IMG/VR virus record: IMGVR_UViG_3300030493_000012
Source: a virus
DNA: 64,000 nucleotides
Direction: 5' to 3' (one strand)
Made by a program: the position numbers and the translations under genes. Shown in pieces: positions 28,572-37,103 of the stretch (its first letter is position 1; each line of letters starts with the position of its first letter). The notes under the pieces are model-generated. The model worked only from the letters and a program-made list of their open reading frames with translations, did no database searches and was not told where the DNA came from.

Positions 28572-28898
28572 ATGGAATTTAATACATACCAAAAACAATC
28601 GCAACAAACCGCAATTTATCCCAAAAACCAAGGCTTACAATATACAACGCTTGGCTTAGTTGGCGAGGCTGGTGAAATTGCAAATAAAGTTAAGAAGATT
28701 ATTAGAGATTCTAATTCTGTAGTCACGGAAGAACATAAAAAGGATTTATTCAAGGAAATTGGTGATGTTTTGTGGTATTGCGCGGCTGTTTCAACTGAAT
28801 TAGGTTTAGATTTATCTGAAATTGCTCAAGCCAACATTGATAAGCTACAAAAGCGTCAAAAGAATAACACCTTACAAGGGAGTGGTGATAATAGATAA
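28572..28898 (+). CDS. MazG-like nucleotide pyrophosphohydrolase
   Basis: LGLVGEAGEIANKVKK...EIGDVLWY...NIDKL..R. Confidence 0.9.
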   Translation: MEFNTYQKQSQQTAIYPKNQGLQYTTLGLVGEAGEIANKVKKIIRDSNSVVTEEHKKDLFKEIGDVLWYCAAVSTELGLDLSEIAQANIDKLQKRQKNNTLQGSGDNR

Positions 28899-28901
28899 AT
28901 T

Positions 28902-29120
28902 ATGGCTTTGTTTAATTATCAATATTGCTTGATTTGTGACAAACAGACTGGCCACATTAACAATAATTGCAGTGATTGTGCCAGCCGCGCAGCTTTAGAA
29001 TTAAAACAAAAAGCCGACAAACATTGGAATTCTTTGTCAGTTGAAGGTAAATTAGATTTTTTAAGAAGCAGGCTTGATAATATTGATGATTTTAATAGGA
29101 ATAATCCTAAAATATTTTAG
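28902..29120 (+). CDS. Small zinc-ribbon hypothetical protein
   Basis: CLIC...CSDC; 72 aa. Confidence 0.6.
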   Translation: MALFNYQYCLICDKQTGHINNNCSDCASRAALELKQKADKHWNSLSVEGKLDFLRSRLDNIDDFNRNNPKIF

Positions 29121-29127
29121 TTTAGAT

Positions 29128-29695
29128 GAAAACAGTAGGACTATCGCGGTGAGATGGAATCTACCAAAGCGGCTGCTGAGAACCAGCGGGGGCGGATTGC
29201 GAGTCATCAGAATGACACGATACTGGCCGAGCGCGAGTCGTTAGAGCAATTCGTGACGTTAATACGTCATTGACCTAAAAAATGGCACTACTGTAGTTGT
29301 TTACAAACGTGTTATAGTGGTTTAGAGCATTAGGCGGGTAGTCTTCACTAGCAGCAATGATTGATATTGGTTAAATATCAGTATGGTGAATTGAACAAAA
29401 TGACCGCCGAAAGCCGTTAGAATAGCAGAGGCATAAAAATGCGAGCGGTTGCGAGCCAGAATAAGGCACTATAACATTTCGCCAAATTGTTTTTAATTTG
29501 GAATGCCACTATGGGATTGTTGCGCCTCCGCATAATTAACGTTTTCAAAATATTCGATGTTTTAATATTAAGCCGCTAGGCTTATTCGAGCCTAAAGCGA
29601 GAATCAGTCAAAACACTAACTTTGCAGCTAATCCTGTTGATAGGCAGATAGTGGTTCAGCCGAATATTTATCTGGTATTTAACAGTTCCGAAATT
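29128..29695 (+). ncRNA. Large structured non-coding RNA candidate (ROOL/GOLLD size class; family not established)
   Basis: No ORF >=60 aa over ~570 nt in an otherwise gap-free genome; many hairpins plus 7-11 bp long-range helices (listed in findings); G-U pairs favour the + strand. Confidence 0.65.
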
Positions 29696-29697
29696 GA

Positions 29698-29898
29698 TTA
29701 TGTCTTTCCAATCAAAGAACAAAGCTCAGTCGAAGACTCCTTCGCTTTACGCTTGCGCGTAATTTTGAAGACTTTAATCAAAGGTTGTTTATTCTTTAGC
29801 CTCAAAAGTTTTGCGAGGTTATTTTCGTAACCGAGCCTAACTTGGTTTTCAAGATTAAGTTTTGCATCTAATTCAGATAAAATATCTGCCGAAATCAA
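29698..29898 (-). CDS. Small basic hypothetical protein
   Basis: 66-aa ORF, TTG start, convergent with the ncRNA candidate. Confidence 0.4.
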   Translation of the reverse strand: MISADILSELDAKLNLENQVRLGYENNLAKLLRLKNKQPLIKVFKITRKRKAKESSTELCSLIGKT

Positions 29899-29977
29899 TC
29901 TGTATCTAATGCGTTTGGTTCTTTATAAGGTTTGGAGCCTTAAATAGTTAAAACTTTTGTCAATTTCTGAGTTTTTG

Positions 29978-29986
29978 GTGTAATTC
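29978..29986 (+). promoter_or_regulatory. GTGTAAT motif with purine-rich leader
   Basis: GTGTAATTCAAGGAAAG upstream of ATG 30012. Confidence 0.55.
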
Positions 29987-30011
29987 AAGGAAAGAATTGT
30001 AATATAAAACT

Positions 30012-30323
30012 ATGAAAATCGCTGATTTTAGAACCCAAGGCTCTACTGTTCCAAGCACCCCAACTGATGGCGTTATTGGTATTTATGCTAATGGGTCAGG
30101 TGTATTGCAGAAAATTAACTCCGCTGGCACTGTAAGTGACGTAACTGCCGATTTCACAAAGACTTACGTTAATGCTCAAATTTCAACTGGTTTATTTACT
30201 CAAACTGGCGCTTGTTTCGGTAGCGCGACTACGAACAACACTGGCCTAGGCGCACCAACGATTTGGGCCAAGATTAATATTTCAGGTACTGTGTATGGCG
30301 TTCCTGCTTATGCACTACGGTAA
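30012..30323 (+). CDS. Small G/T/S-rich protein, probably virion-associated
   Basis: 103 aa, beta-rich, C-terminal WAKINISGTVYGVPAY; own motif and terminator. Confidence 0.6.
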   Translation: MKIADFRTQGSTVPSTPTDGVIGIYANGSGVLQKINSAGTVSDVTADFTKTYVNAQISTGLFTQTGACFGSATTNNTGLGAPTIWAKINISGTVYGVPAYALR

Positions 30324-30352
30324 TCGGTAGATTGTTTCATATTCATAAGGAG

Positions 30353-30386
30353 AATCCGGTACTTGTGTATCGGATTTTTCTTTTTA
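30353..30386 (+). terminator. Intrinsic terminator
   Basis: AATCCGGTAC-TTGT-GTATCGGATT 10-bp stem followed by TTTCTTTTT. Confidence 0.8.
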
Positions 30387-30415
30387 TTGACATTCTTTGG
30401 ATTGTCTGCTATCAT
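30387..30415 (+). promoter_or_regulatory. sigma70-type promoter with extended -10
   Basis: TTGACA-N17 (ending TGC)-TATCAT-N8-ATG(30424). Confidence 0.7.
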
Positions 30416-30423
30416 ATTATAAT

Positions 30424-31182
30424 ATGAATAACGGAAGGATTATTGTTTGGTTCTCATGTGGTGCGGCGTCGGCTGCGGCGTCGGCTGCGGCGTCAATAAA
30501 GGCGTCAGAAAAGTATAAAAACGATAATCTTGAAATTTGTTATTGTGATACTTTGAAATATGAACATCCTGATAATATTAGATTTATGCAAGACGTTTCA
30601 AAATGTGTCGGCCTTGAAATCAAGATTCTAAAATCAAATAAATACGCCGATATTTATGATACTTTTGAGAAAACCGGATATATCGCTGGAATTTCAGGAG
30701 CTTCATGTACAAGATGTTTGAAAAGAGATGTCAGAAAAGATTATCAAGAAGATAGCGATGTTCATATTTTCGGATTTACTTTTGATGAAGAAAAAAGGCT
30801 AAACAACTTTAAAACAAACAATCCAGACCTTCACCTTGAGTTTTTGCTTTATGACCTTCAAATCACCAAAAAAGACTGTTATCAAATACTAAGAGACAAT
30901 AATATCGAGATTCCAACAATGTATAAGATGGGCTATAAAAACAATAACTGTATTGGCTGTGTAAAAGGTGGCGCTGGATATTGGAATAAAATTAAGATAG
31001 ATTTTCCTGAATATTTTAATAAAATGGCCGAATTTACAAGAAAAAAGAACGTTCGGCTTGTTAAAAATAAAGGAAAAAGGATTTTTCTCGACGAACTTCC
31101 CGAAGGCGTTGGAAATTATAAATCAGAACCAGACTTCGAATGTGGTGTCGGATGCAAGGCTCCTGAATTAATAATTAAATAA
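30424..31182 (+). CDS. PAPS-reductase-superfamily phage protein
   Basis: VWFSCGAAS PP-loop, EHPDN, SCTRCLK, NNCIGCVKGG.GYW. Confidence 0.8.
   Translation: MNNGRIIVWFSCGAASAAASAAASIKASEKYKNDNLEICYCDTLKYEHPDNIRFMQDVSKCVGLEIKILKSNKYADIYDTFEKTGYIAGISGASCTRCLKRDVRKDYQEDSDVHIFGFTFDEEKRLNNFKTNNPDLHLEFLLYDLQITKKDCYQILRDNNIEIPTMYKMGYKNNNCIGCVKGGAGYWNKIKIDFPEYFNKMAEFTRKKNVRLVKNKGKRIFLDELPEGVGNYKSEPDFECGVGCKAPELIIK
30462..30494 (+). repeat. 12-bp tandem repeat x2.75, in frame
   Basis: TGCGGCGTCGGC TGCGGCGTCGGC TGCGGCGTC encoding AASA AASA AAS. Confidence 0.9.
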
Positions 31183-31184
31183 AG

Positions 31185-31454
31185 ATGACAAGAACTGAAA
31201 TATTATCTGAATTAACCACAGAAGAATTAGCTTTGCTTATAGGCATCCTTGAATTTCATCTAAATAAGAAAATTGACCGTCTTGCGCTGTTGGTTATTAA
31301 TCAAAAAATCATAAATGATGCCTTGACTGATAATAGGATTAATCTGGCTGTTAAAAATCCTGACGCTCTGCACAACCTCTTGATATTGTTTAAATTAAAG
31401 AGTGGCGAACTAAAAAACCGAACCAAACAACTTGAACTATTGGAGTGTAATTAA
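31185..31454 (+). CDS. Hypothetical protein
   Basis: 89-aa ORF. Confidence 0.6.
   Translation: MTRTEILSELTTEELALLIGILEFHLNKKIDRLALLVINQKIINDALTDNRINLAVKNPDALHNLLILFKLKSGELKNRTKQLELLECN
31445..31453 (+). promoter_or_regulatory. GTGTAAT motif
   Basis: GTGTAATTA-N5-ATG(31459). Confidence 0.5.
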
Positions 31455-31458
31455 TTGT

Positions 31459-31890
31459 ATGCCAACGATGGATTTCTGTTATGATTTGAAAGACCTTCTT
31501 GATAAAAAGGGCTATCAATATGTTTTGGTATTCATGCAAACAGCCAAAAAGAAAAAAGAAAGCCATTTTGATGTTTTATATAAGGTTAGCCGCAAAGGCA
31601 CAATCAAACTTTTTGACGAATTAATGCAGGAAGCAACCTCTAGTTTTGATGAATTGGAGGGAAATTCAGAAGTTCGAAGCCAAAAACATTTCATGCATTA
31701 TTATGCCTCCAGATTCAAAGAACAAGGTTTTGATTATGTGCTTTTTGCAACTAAAAACGACCGAAAAGAAGAGCATAAAAAAGTTTCTGTTTTCTTCAAA
31801 GTTCGAAACAAAACAAATGGCTTTATGATGGCCGAGGCTTTATACTTTTTATTCAAAAAAACAGAAAAGAAATACGTTTGCAGCGTTTAA
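31459..31890 (+). CDS. Hypothetical protein with internal two-fold repeat
   Basis: KGYQYVLVFM...HFDVLYKV recurs as QGFDYVLFAT...KVSVFFKV. Confidence 0.6.
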   Translation: MPTMDFCYDLKDLLDKKGYQYVLVFMQTAKKKKESHFDVLYKVSRKGTIKLFDELMQEATSSFDELEGNSEVRSQKHFMHYYASRFKEQGFDYVLFATKNDRKEEHKKVSVFFKVRNKTNGFMMAEALYFLFKKTEKKYVCSV

Positions 31891-31891
31891 A

Positions 31892-32934
31892 ATGAGCGTT
31901 TCTTTATTGATTTTATATAAAAACATTTTACCAATTTTTGTTTCTCGTTCTTCTGATGGTGGAATTATGTTTAAATACCTGAAAGGAACCTTCCCATTTG
32001 AAGAAATGCTGGCGAACGTGATAGAAAAAGAAAAACATAAATATGCCGAAATAGATAAAAGCGTTAATAGATTTCATATTGAAACCTTTTTTGGACGAAA
32101 ATCTGGACAAGACCAAATTTCAGGATTCTCAGCGCAACCATCTGCGCCAAGCATACACGCAAACCAACAACCATTCACCGAACCACTTTTTTATACCAAT
32201 TTCGTGATAGAAAATCAAATTCAAGAAAAAATGATTGGATACTCTGTTTCTGATGCCGAGATAAATTTTCCAGATGTGGTTGAAAACAAATACAAATTCA
32301 CAAAAACTGGATTGTCGGTGTTATCAAAACGCGAAAAATGGCTAAATTCAAGAGAATGGTATCAAAAAAGAAACATTACATGGAAAAGAGGCTTTTTGTT
32401 ACACGGCAAGCCGGGAAACGGAAAAGTTCGTTAGTTCTTGAAATAGCAAAGAAATTAAAAATTCCTATTTATATTTTAGACCTATCCTCAATGAGCAACG
32501 AAGAATTTGAAGAAATCATAGACAAAAGAATCACGTGCGAATCTTCAATTTTACTTATAGAAGATATTGATAATATTTTTGACAAAAGAACAAACATAAC
32601 AAGAACACAAAATTCTTGCGGTTTAACTTTTGATTTTTTATTAAATAAAATTTCTGGCGTTAATTCTATCCAAAATAAGCTGCTTTTTATTACGACCAAC
32701 CATATAGACAAAATTGATGAAGCATTAATTAGGCCGGGAAGAATTGACGAAATCGTAGAATTGCAGCCATTAAATTATAATGAAAAACTTTGTTTAGCCG
32801 AAAATATTATAAATAATGATAAACTAATACCTCGCGCTCTGGAAGATGGAAAAGACGACACAACAGCAGAATTTGAAAATCGGTGTATTAGAATTGCGAC
32901 TGATAACTTTTGGAATAAAACGATTGACATTTAG
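31892..32934 (+). pseudogene. BCS1-like AAA+ ATPase broken by a 1-nt frameshift inside Walker A
   Basis: Frame 1 ends KRGFLLHGKPGNGK; the -1 frame continues SSLV.EIA...Walker B LLIEDID...TTNH.DKIDEALIRPGRID; break at A4 run 32422-32425. Confidence 0.8.
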
Positions 32935-32952
32935 CATAAAATGCTTTATTCT
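32924..32952 (+). promoter_or_regulatory. sigma70-type promoter
   Basis: TTGACA-N17-TATTCT; ATG at 32971. Confidence 0.6.
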
Positions 32953-32970
32953 TTATAAAAGAACAAAATT

Positions 32971-33537
32971 ATGGAAAAATATCAAGAAAGAGTAATTATT
33001 GAAAAGAAAGAACTAGACGAAAAGCGCGGAAAACTTCTTAAGTTTATTGCTGGCCGTTTTAAGATGTCACCAAAGGAACAGTCTCAGCTTAATCGCCAAC
33101 TTGAGGCTATGACGTTGTATTCCAACATTTTAGAGGAAAGAATTCGCGGTTTTAATACTGTAGAAAAAGAAATTTGTAATTGGCACGAAAATCAAAATGG
33201 TTTTTATTGGACAGATTGTTTAAATACAATTCCTATTGAGGAATATTGTCCAAAATGTCATGTTTATTGCAAACACTGTGCAAGGCCGCTCTTAATTCAT
33301 AAAATTAAACCACTTATTAAATACGAAAGGAAGCCGGTGTGTCCGTCTTGCTACACGAGTGGCGGTGTCAAAATTGTAGAAGGACAAGCGCGATGTTTAA
33401 ACTGTGGAACGTGGTGGATGATGCCTTTGCCTTTAGAAAAGACACCAGAAAATACTCAAAATGATTGTGGAACAGACTCCAAACCAAGAACAATTCCTGA
33501 ATTTACATCCATGCCACCAGTTGAAATTCCTATTTAA
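32971..33537 (+). CDS. Hypothetical protein: small helical phage domain plus zinc ribbons
   Basis: YQERV..EK.ELDEK...L..Q...M..Y..IL.ERI; CPKC, CKHC, CPSC, CLNC. Confidence 0.65.
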   Translation: MEKYQERVIIEKKELDEKRGKLLKFIAGRFKMSPKEQSQLNRQLEAMTLYSNILEERIRGFNTVEKEICNWHENQNGFYWTDCLNTIPIEEYCPKCHVYCKHCARPLLIHKIKPLIKYERKPVCPSCYTSGGVKIVEGQARCLNCGTWWMMPLPLEKTPENTQNDCGTDSKPRTIPEFTSMPPVEIPI

Positions 33538-33545
33538 AATATTTT

Positions 33546-33893
33546 ATGAACACAAACCAACACTCGATATTCTTACGAGAATATGCTGAAAGTTGCAAGC
33601 CTCCATTTGGAAACGGAGCAAATCACCTAATGCTTGCGGCTGCTAATGAGATTGACAAACTCACTTTTCTACTACAAAAAGCGGAAACACAGATTAAAGA
33701 ATGCGATGCTAAGATTGACGGCCTCACTATTGACCGTAAATATTTATGCGAATATATCCGTTCTGCCGATTCTTCAAAGTATGGTATAATCTGTAATATT
33801 ACTTCTAAAGATTTAGCGGAACCAATAGAAAAATATATGGAAGAAGAAGTTTCTCAAAAGGAGTTTGAGACCGAGTTTGGAAAACATTCTTAA
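33546..33893 (+). CDS. Hypothetical protein
   Basis: 115-aa ORF. Confidence 0.6.
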   Translation: MNTNQHSIFLREYAESCKPPFGNGANHLMLAAANEIDKLTFLLQKAETQIKECDAKIDGLTIDRKYLCEYIRSADSSKYGIICNITSKDLAEPIEKYMEEEVSQKEFETEFGKHS

Positions 33894-33898
33894 AAGTT

Positions 33899-34237
33899 AT
33901 GAAAAAGCCAGAACAATGGATGGAAAAAATAAAAATTCCATCGGCGCAATATGGAATAGTTTATGAGTCTTGGATTGAATTTATTAAAGAGATTCAAGAT
34001 GATGCTGTTAAAAATGCAGCAGTATCAATCGAATTGGCGGAAAAGAATGATGCACTTGAGGCAAGAAACCAAGAACTCGAAAAGTTTCTTTCTGAATGCG
34101 TCAATCTGGACTGTAAAATTATTCCAACGAGCCAAGCGAGCCCAGAATTAATTGCTCATTCGCAAACTTGTGGCTGTTTTATTTCTTTGCCGGACAACAC
34201 AGGATTAATATTAGCATTAAAAAATTATCAAAAATAA
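33899..34237 (+). CDS. Hypothetical protein
   Basis: 112-aa ORF. Confidence 0.6.
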   Translation: MKKPEQWMEKIKIPSAQYGIVYESWIEFIKEIQDDAVKNAAVSIELAEKNDALEARNQELEKFLSECVNLDCKIIPTSQASPELIAHSQTCGCFISLPDNTGLILALKNYQK

Positions 34238-34246
34238 TAAAAATCT

Positions 34247-34774
34247 ATGAATCACGACTTAACATGGTACGAAAACGTGCTAGACCTTGAAGCAGAAAAA
34301 TCAAGGTTAATTAGCAAAATAACCGAACTTCAAACCGCGCTTGGAAAAGCTCAGGACGAAATTCAAGCAAATAAGAAAACTTCTGAAACATGGCAAGAAA
34401 TGTGTCGTTCTGCCGAAATGGATTATAAAAACCTCGTTGACTTTTTAGATGGAAATCCTCCAGATGACTACAGGCTTCATGTCAAGGTTACAGCGGAAAG
34501 GTTCCTTGAAAACACCGTACCCAAAACAAGTTTTGTCAATGAATATGATTTATATCTAATGGCAGATTTGCAAGCACGGCTCTTAATCGAAGAAAGTAAG
34601 ACTAAAGAGACGGCTAAAAAACTTAAAGAGCGCGATGCTCTAGTCGAAAGACTCCTTAATGAACGCGAGGTAACTTTAAATTATATTTGCGCCACACAAA
34701 AGGTCGTTGACATTCCAAGTAAAGTTAAAAAATATATCGAACAATGGACTTTTGACAAAAACTGGCCCGCTTAA
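34247..34774 (+). CDS. Coiled-coil hypothetical protein
   Basis: 175-aa ORF. Confidence 0.6.
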   Translation: MNHDLTWYENVLDLEAEKSRLISKITELQTALGKAQDEIQANKKTSETWQEMCRSAEMDYKNLVDFLDGNPPDDYRLHVKVTAERFLENTVPKTSFVNEYDLYLMADLQARLLIEESKTKETAKKLKERDALVERLLNEREVTLNYICATQKVVDIPSKVKKYIEQWTFDKNWPA

Positions 34775-34775
34775 A

Positions 34776-34931
34776 ATGGAGACAGTTTCCACAAAAATGA
34801 AAATTCAAATAAAATTCGTTATTCAAGATTTGTGGATTGGCGTTTATTGGAAAAGAGACAAAATTGAAACCAAAGTTTATATATGCGTTATTCCGTGTTT
34901 TCCAGTTATTCTTACCTTTCAAAAACATTGA
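34776..34931 (+). CDS. Small hypothetical protein
   Basis: QDLWIGVYW...YIC.IPCFP pattern seen in small phage proteins. Confidence 0.55.
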   Translation: METVSTKMKIQIKFVIQDLWIGVYWKRDKIETKVYICVIPCFPVILTFQKH

Positions 34932-34956
34932 CACAAGCAACAAAATACAGTATTCT
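34928..34956 (+). promoter_or_regulatory. sigma70-type promoter, leaderless
   Basis: TTGACA-N17-TATTCT-N6-ATG(34963). Confidence 0.7.
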
Positions 34957-34962
34957 TTAAAT

Positions 34963-35274
34963 ATGACACCAAAAGAAACGCTCAAATATTTGGAAACAGA
35001 GTTTAACTCATTGCAAAAGCAAGAAAAAGACCTGAATGACAAAATCTGGCTTTTTGCAGAAGCTATGGATTTTGATAATGTTGATAATATTCAAAATAGA
35101 AAATGGAGAGATGTTTCTGATGTTGATTTAGACCTCGGCGCATCCTGTATTATTTGTCAAGTTTGGCCGGATGGAACCAGAAGCAAACCATGTGTTGCGG
35201 TTTGGACGGCGAATGGGTGGAATTATGTATCTGGTGTTGGTTTTGGAGAATTTAAGATTCAGGTTTTGTGTTAA
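34963..35274 (+). CDS. Hypothetical protein
   Basis: Start MTPKE fixed by promoter spacing. Confidence 0.6.
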   Translation: MTPKETLKYLETEFNSLQKQEKDLNDKIWLFAEAMDFDNVDNIQNRKWRDVSDVDLDLGASCIICQVWPDGTRSKPCVAVWTANGWNYVSGVGFGEFKIQVLC

Positions 35275-35289
35275 ATTCAATTTTTTAAG

Positions 35290-35460
35290 ATGAAGATTAA
35301 ATGCCATTGGTGCGGCAAAAAGAATCGAACGGCTTCAAATTGGGAACAGATGTCAGTAACAAGAGGATGGCTTGCTCTATGCATTAAATGTGCTAATAGG
35401 AGGCTTAAAAATCCATACAATGCACTCCTTGAAATTCGAGAATGCCTAAAAAATAAATAA
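35290..35460 (+). CDS. Small zinc-finger protein (56 aa, not in ORF track)
   Basis: MKIKCHWCGKK...LCIKCANRR; fills the gap on the coding strand. Confidence 0.55.
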   Translation: MKIKCHWCGKKNRTASNWEQMSVTRGWLALCIKCANRRLKNPYNALLEIRECLKNK

Positions 35461-35475
35461 TTCAAATTATTAATC

Positions 35476-35844
35476 ATGGAAAGATTTATAAGAATAAAAG
35501 AAGGTCTTATATTAAACTTTAAAACTCTAACTTGGAATGATGGCTGGGAATTTGAACGTCCAAGTTTGATGTTGTCTCCAATTATCAGATGCTGGGAAAG
35601 GCAAATGTGTCACGAACAAATGGTAGAAAACGTTCTGATTGATGCTGTCGTCGAAGGATTTCTAAAAGATGAAAGTTTTGAGGAAACTTGGGGATGGAGA
35701 GGTTATAATTTAAAATATTTACAACGAAAATTTCGAGAATCGTTAGCCGGAAAGTCCTTTCCAAAGGTTAATTATATAGCAGAACAAAGTTCAGCAGAAA
35801 TTATCAGAGACGAAGATGATGAATTAGCTTGGGAAATATTATGA
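35476..35844 (+). CDS. Hypothetical protein
   Basis: 122-aa ORF. Confidence 0.6.
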   Translation: MERFIRIKEGLILNFKTLTWNDGWEFERPSLMLSPIIRCWERQMCHEQMVENVLIDAVVEGFLKDESFEETWGWRGYNLKYLQRKFRESLAGKSFPKVNYIAEQSSAEIIRDEDDELAWEIL

Positions 35845-36614
35845 TTCAGCCTTATTTTAGCTCAAATTATTCGATTGGCCGCTCTTTATTTACTTTAGAG
35901 CCACCAGAAGAGATTAAAAACAACTCACCAGTTTCGCTGTTTTCTGTCGCCAAGCAAGAAAAACTAGATAAAATTGTTTTAGTTGATTCCTCGATGACAG
36001 GCTTTATTAAAGCTCACCTTGAGGCTCAAAAGCAAAATATTCAGTTAATGTATGGTATTAAGTTTATTGTGTGCCACGATATTAATGACAAATCAGACGA
36101 AAGCCGCAAAACAGAATCTAAATTAATTGTATTTATGAAAAATTCGGCGGCTTATTCTGAAATGTGTAGATTGTATTCCAAAAGCTGGGTTGATGGAAAG
36201 TATTATACAAATAGGCTGGACTGGAAATATTTGAATGAAACAAAAAGCGCGAATTTTAGTTATGCCGTGCCTTTTTACGACGGCTTTATTCATCTAAATA
36301 CTTATGGAAACGGCCAATCTGTTCCTGATATTGCAAAATTAGAGCCAACTTTCTTCACTGAGGAACATGAGCTACCAATTGATAATTTGTTACGAAAATC
36401 AGTTCTAAAATACACAGAGCAAAATAAGTACGCAACAGTTGAAATGCACAGAACTTTGTATTTGAATAATGATGACTTTTTGGCTTTGCAAGTTTTAAGG
36501 CTGGCCACAGGCCGAGGCGGCTCAACAGATAAACCAAGTATTGATAAGCCTAACATTGATGGCTATGCAAGCAATAAGTTTAGTTGGCAGTATTATAAGG
36601 AAACAAAATTATGA
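35841..36614 (+). CDS. Stand-alone PHP domain of DNA polymerase III alpha
   Basis: YFSSNYSIGRS, VLVDSSMTGF, LMYGI.F, LIVFMKN..AY..MCRLYS; first metal-binding His replaced. Confidence 0.75.
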   Translation: MIQPYFSSNYSIGRSLFTLEPPEEIKNNSPVSLFSVAKQEKLDKIVLVDSSMTGFIKAHLEAQKQNIQLMYGIKFIVCHDINDKSDESRKTESKLIVFMKNSAAYSEMCRLYSKSWVDGKYYTNRLDWKYLNETKSANFSYAVPFYDGFIHLNTYGNGQSVPDIAKLEPTFFTEEHELPIDNLLRKSVLKYTEQNKYATVEMHRTLYLNNDDFLALQVLRLATGRGGSTDKPSIDKPNIDGYASNKFSWQYYKETKL

Positions 36615-36910
36615 CAAAATCAATCAGTTGGTTACTTGAAAACGAGGATAACTTTTCGATATTACTAGGAAAACTCCTTTTATTCGACAGAAACTCTCCA
36701 TATTTTTGGATGAGTGGACTAGTATCTGGATTAAGATTAATTAGCCCACAAGACGAAAAGATGTCGGTTTTACAGATAACGCATCCAATAAATCATAAAA
36801 AGATGTACGCCGTTCTTGACAGAGAAGATTTAATAAAGCATCTTAAGGCATGTGTTGAGATTATCGGCAATGAGGAAAGCGAAAATCTAGTTATTGATTT
36901 TAATCATTAA
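36611..36910 (+). CDS. Hypothetical protein
   Basis: 99-aa ORF. Confidence 0.55.
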   Translation: MTKSISWLLENEDNFSILLGKLLLFDRNSPYFWMSGLVSGLRLISPQDEKMSVLQITHPINHKKMYAVLDREDLIKHLKACVEIIGNEESENLVIDFNH

Positions 36911-37100
36911 AACTGTGAAACCTGAAATTGGCAAAAAATATAAATTAAAAGTTAACGAAGAAGAACTAGAAGGAGTCTGTCGTCGTTATCATGAGAATTA
37001 TTACGGATTAGATATATGGTATTTTGACGGACTTACAAAATTTACCGATTACAAAATTTGTGGCTTTCTTGACAATGAGATTATTGAGGAAATTAAATAA
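36894..37100 (+). CDS. Hypothetical protein
   Basis: 68-aa ORF. Confidence 0.5.
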   Translation: MILIIKTVKPEIGKKYKLKVNEEELEGVCRRYHENYYGLDIWYFDGLTKFTDYKICGFLDNEIIEEIK

Positions 37101-37103
37101 ATT

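Noticed and set aside
29186-29531. tmRNA: GGGGGCG/CGCCTCC stem with a G-U at the third pair resembles the alanyl acceptor stem
   Set aside because: No T-arm before the 3' strand, no ACCA end, no GGATTCGAC-type D-loop region and no clear tag ORF; treated as an internal helix of the larger RNA.
29128-29695. Group I intron or RNase P RNA (GACTA at 29140 and TAGTC at 29339 resemble P7)
   Set aside because: It does not interrupt a gene, and the P/Q/R/S spacing and the RNase P GAGGAAAGTCC core were not found.
32413-32419. Canonical slippery heptamer G GGA AAC as the programmed -1 site
   Set aside because: Shifting there gives GKPG(N/K)RKSS and destroys the Walker A glycine; only a shift at the next A4 run restores the motif.
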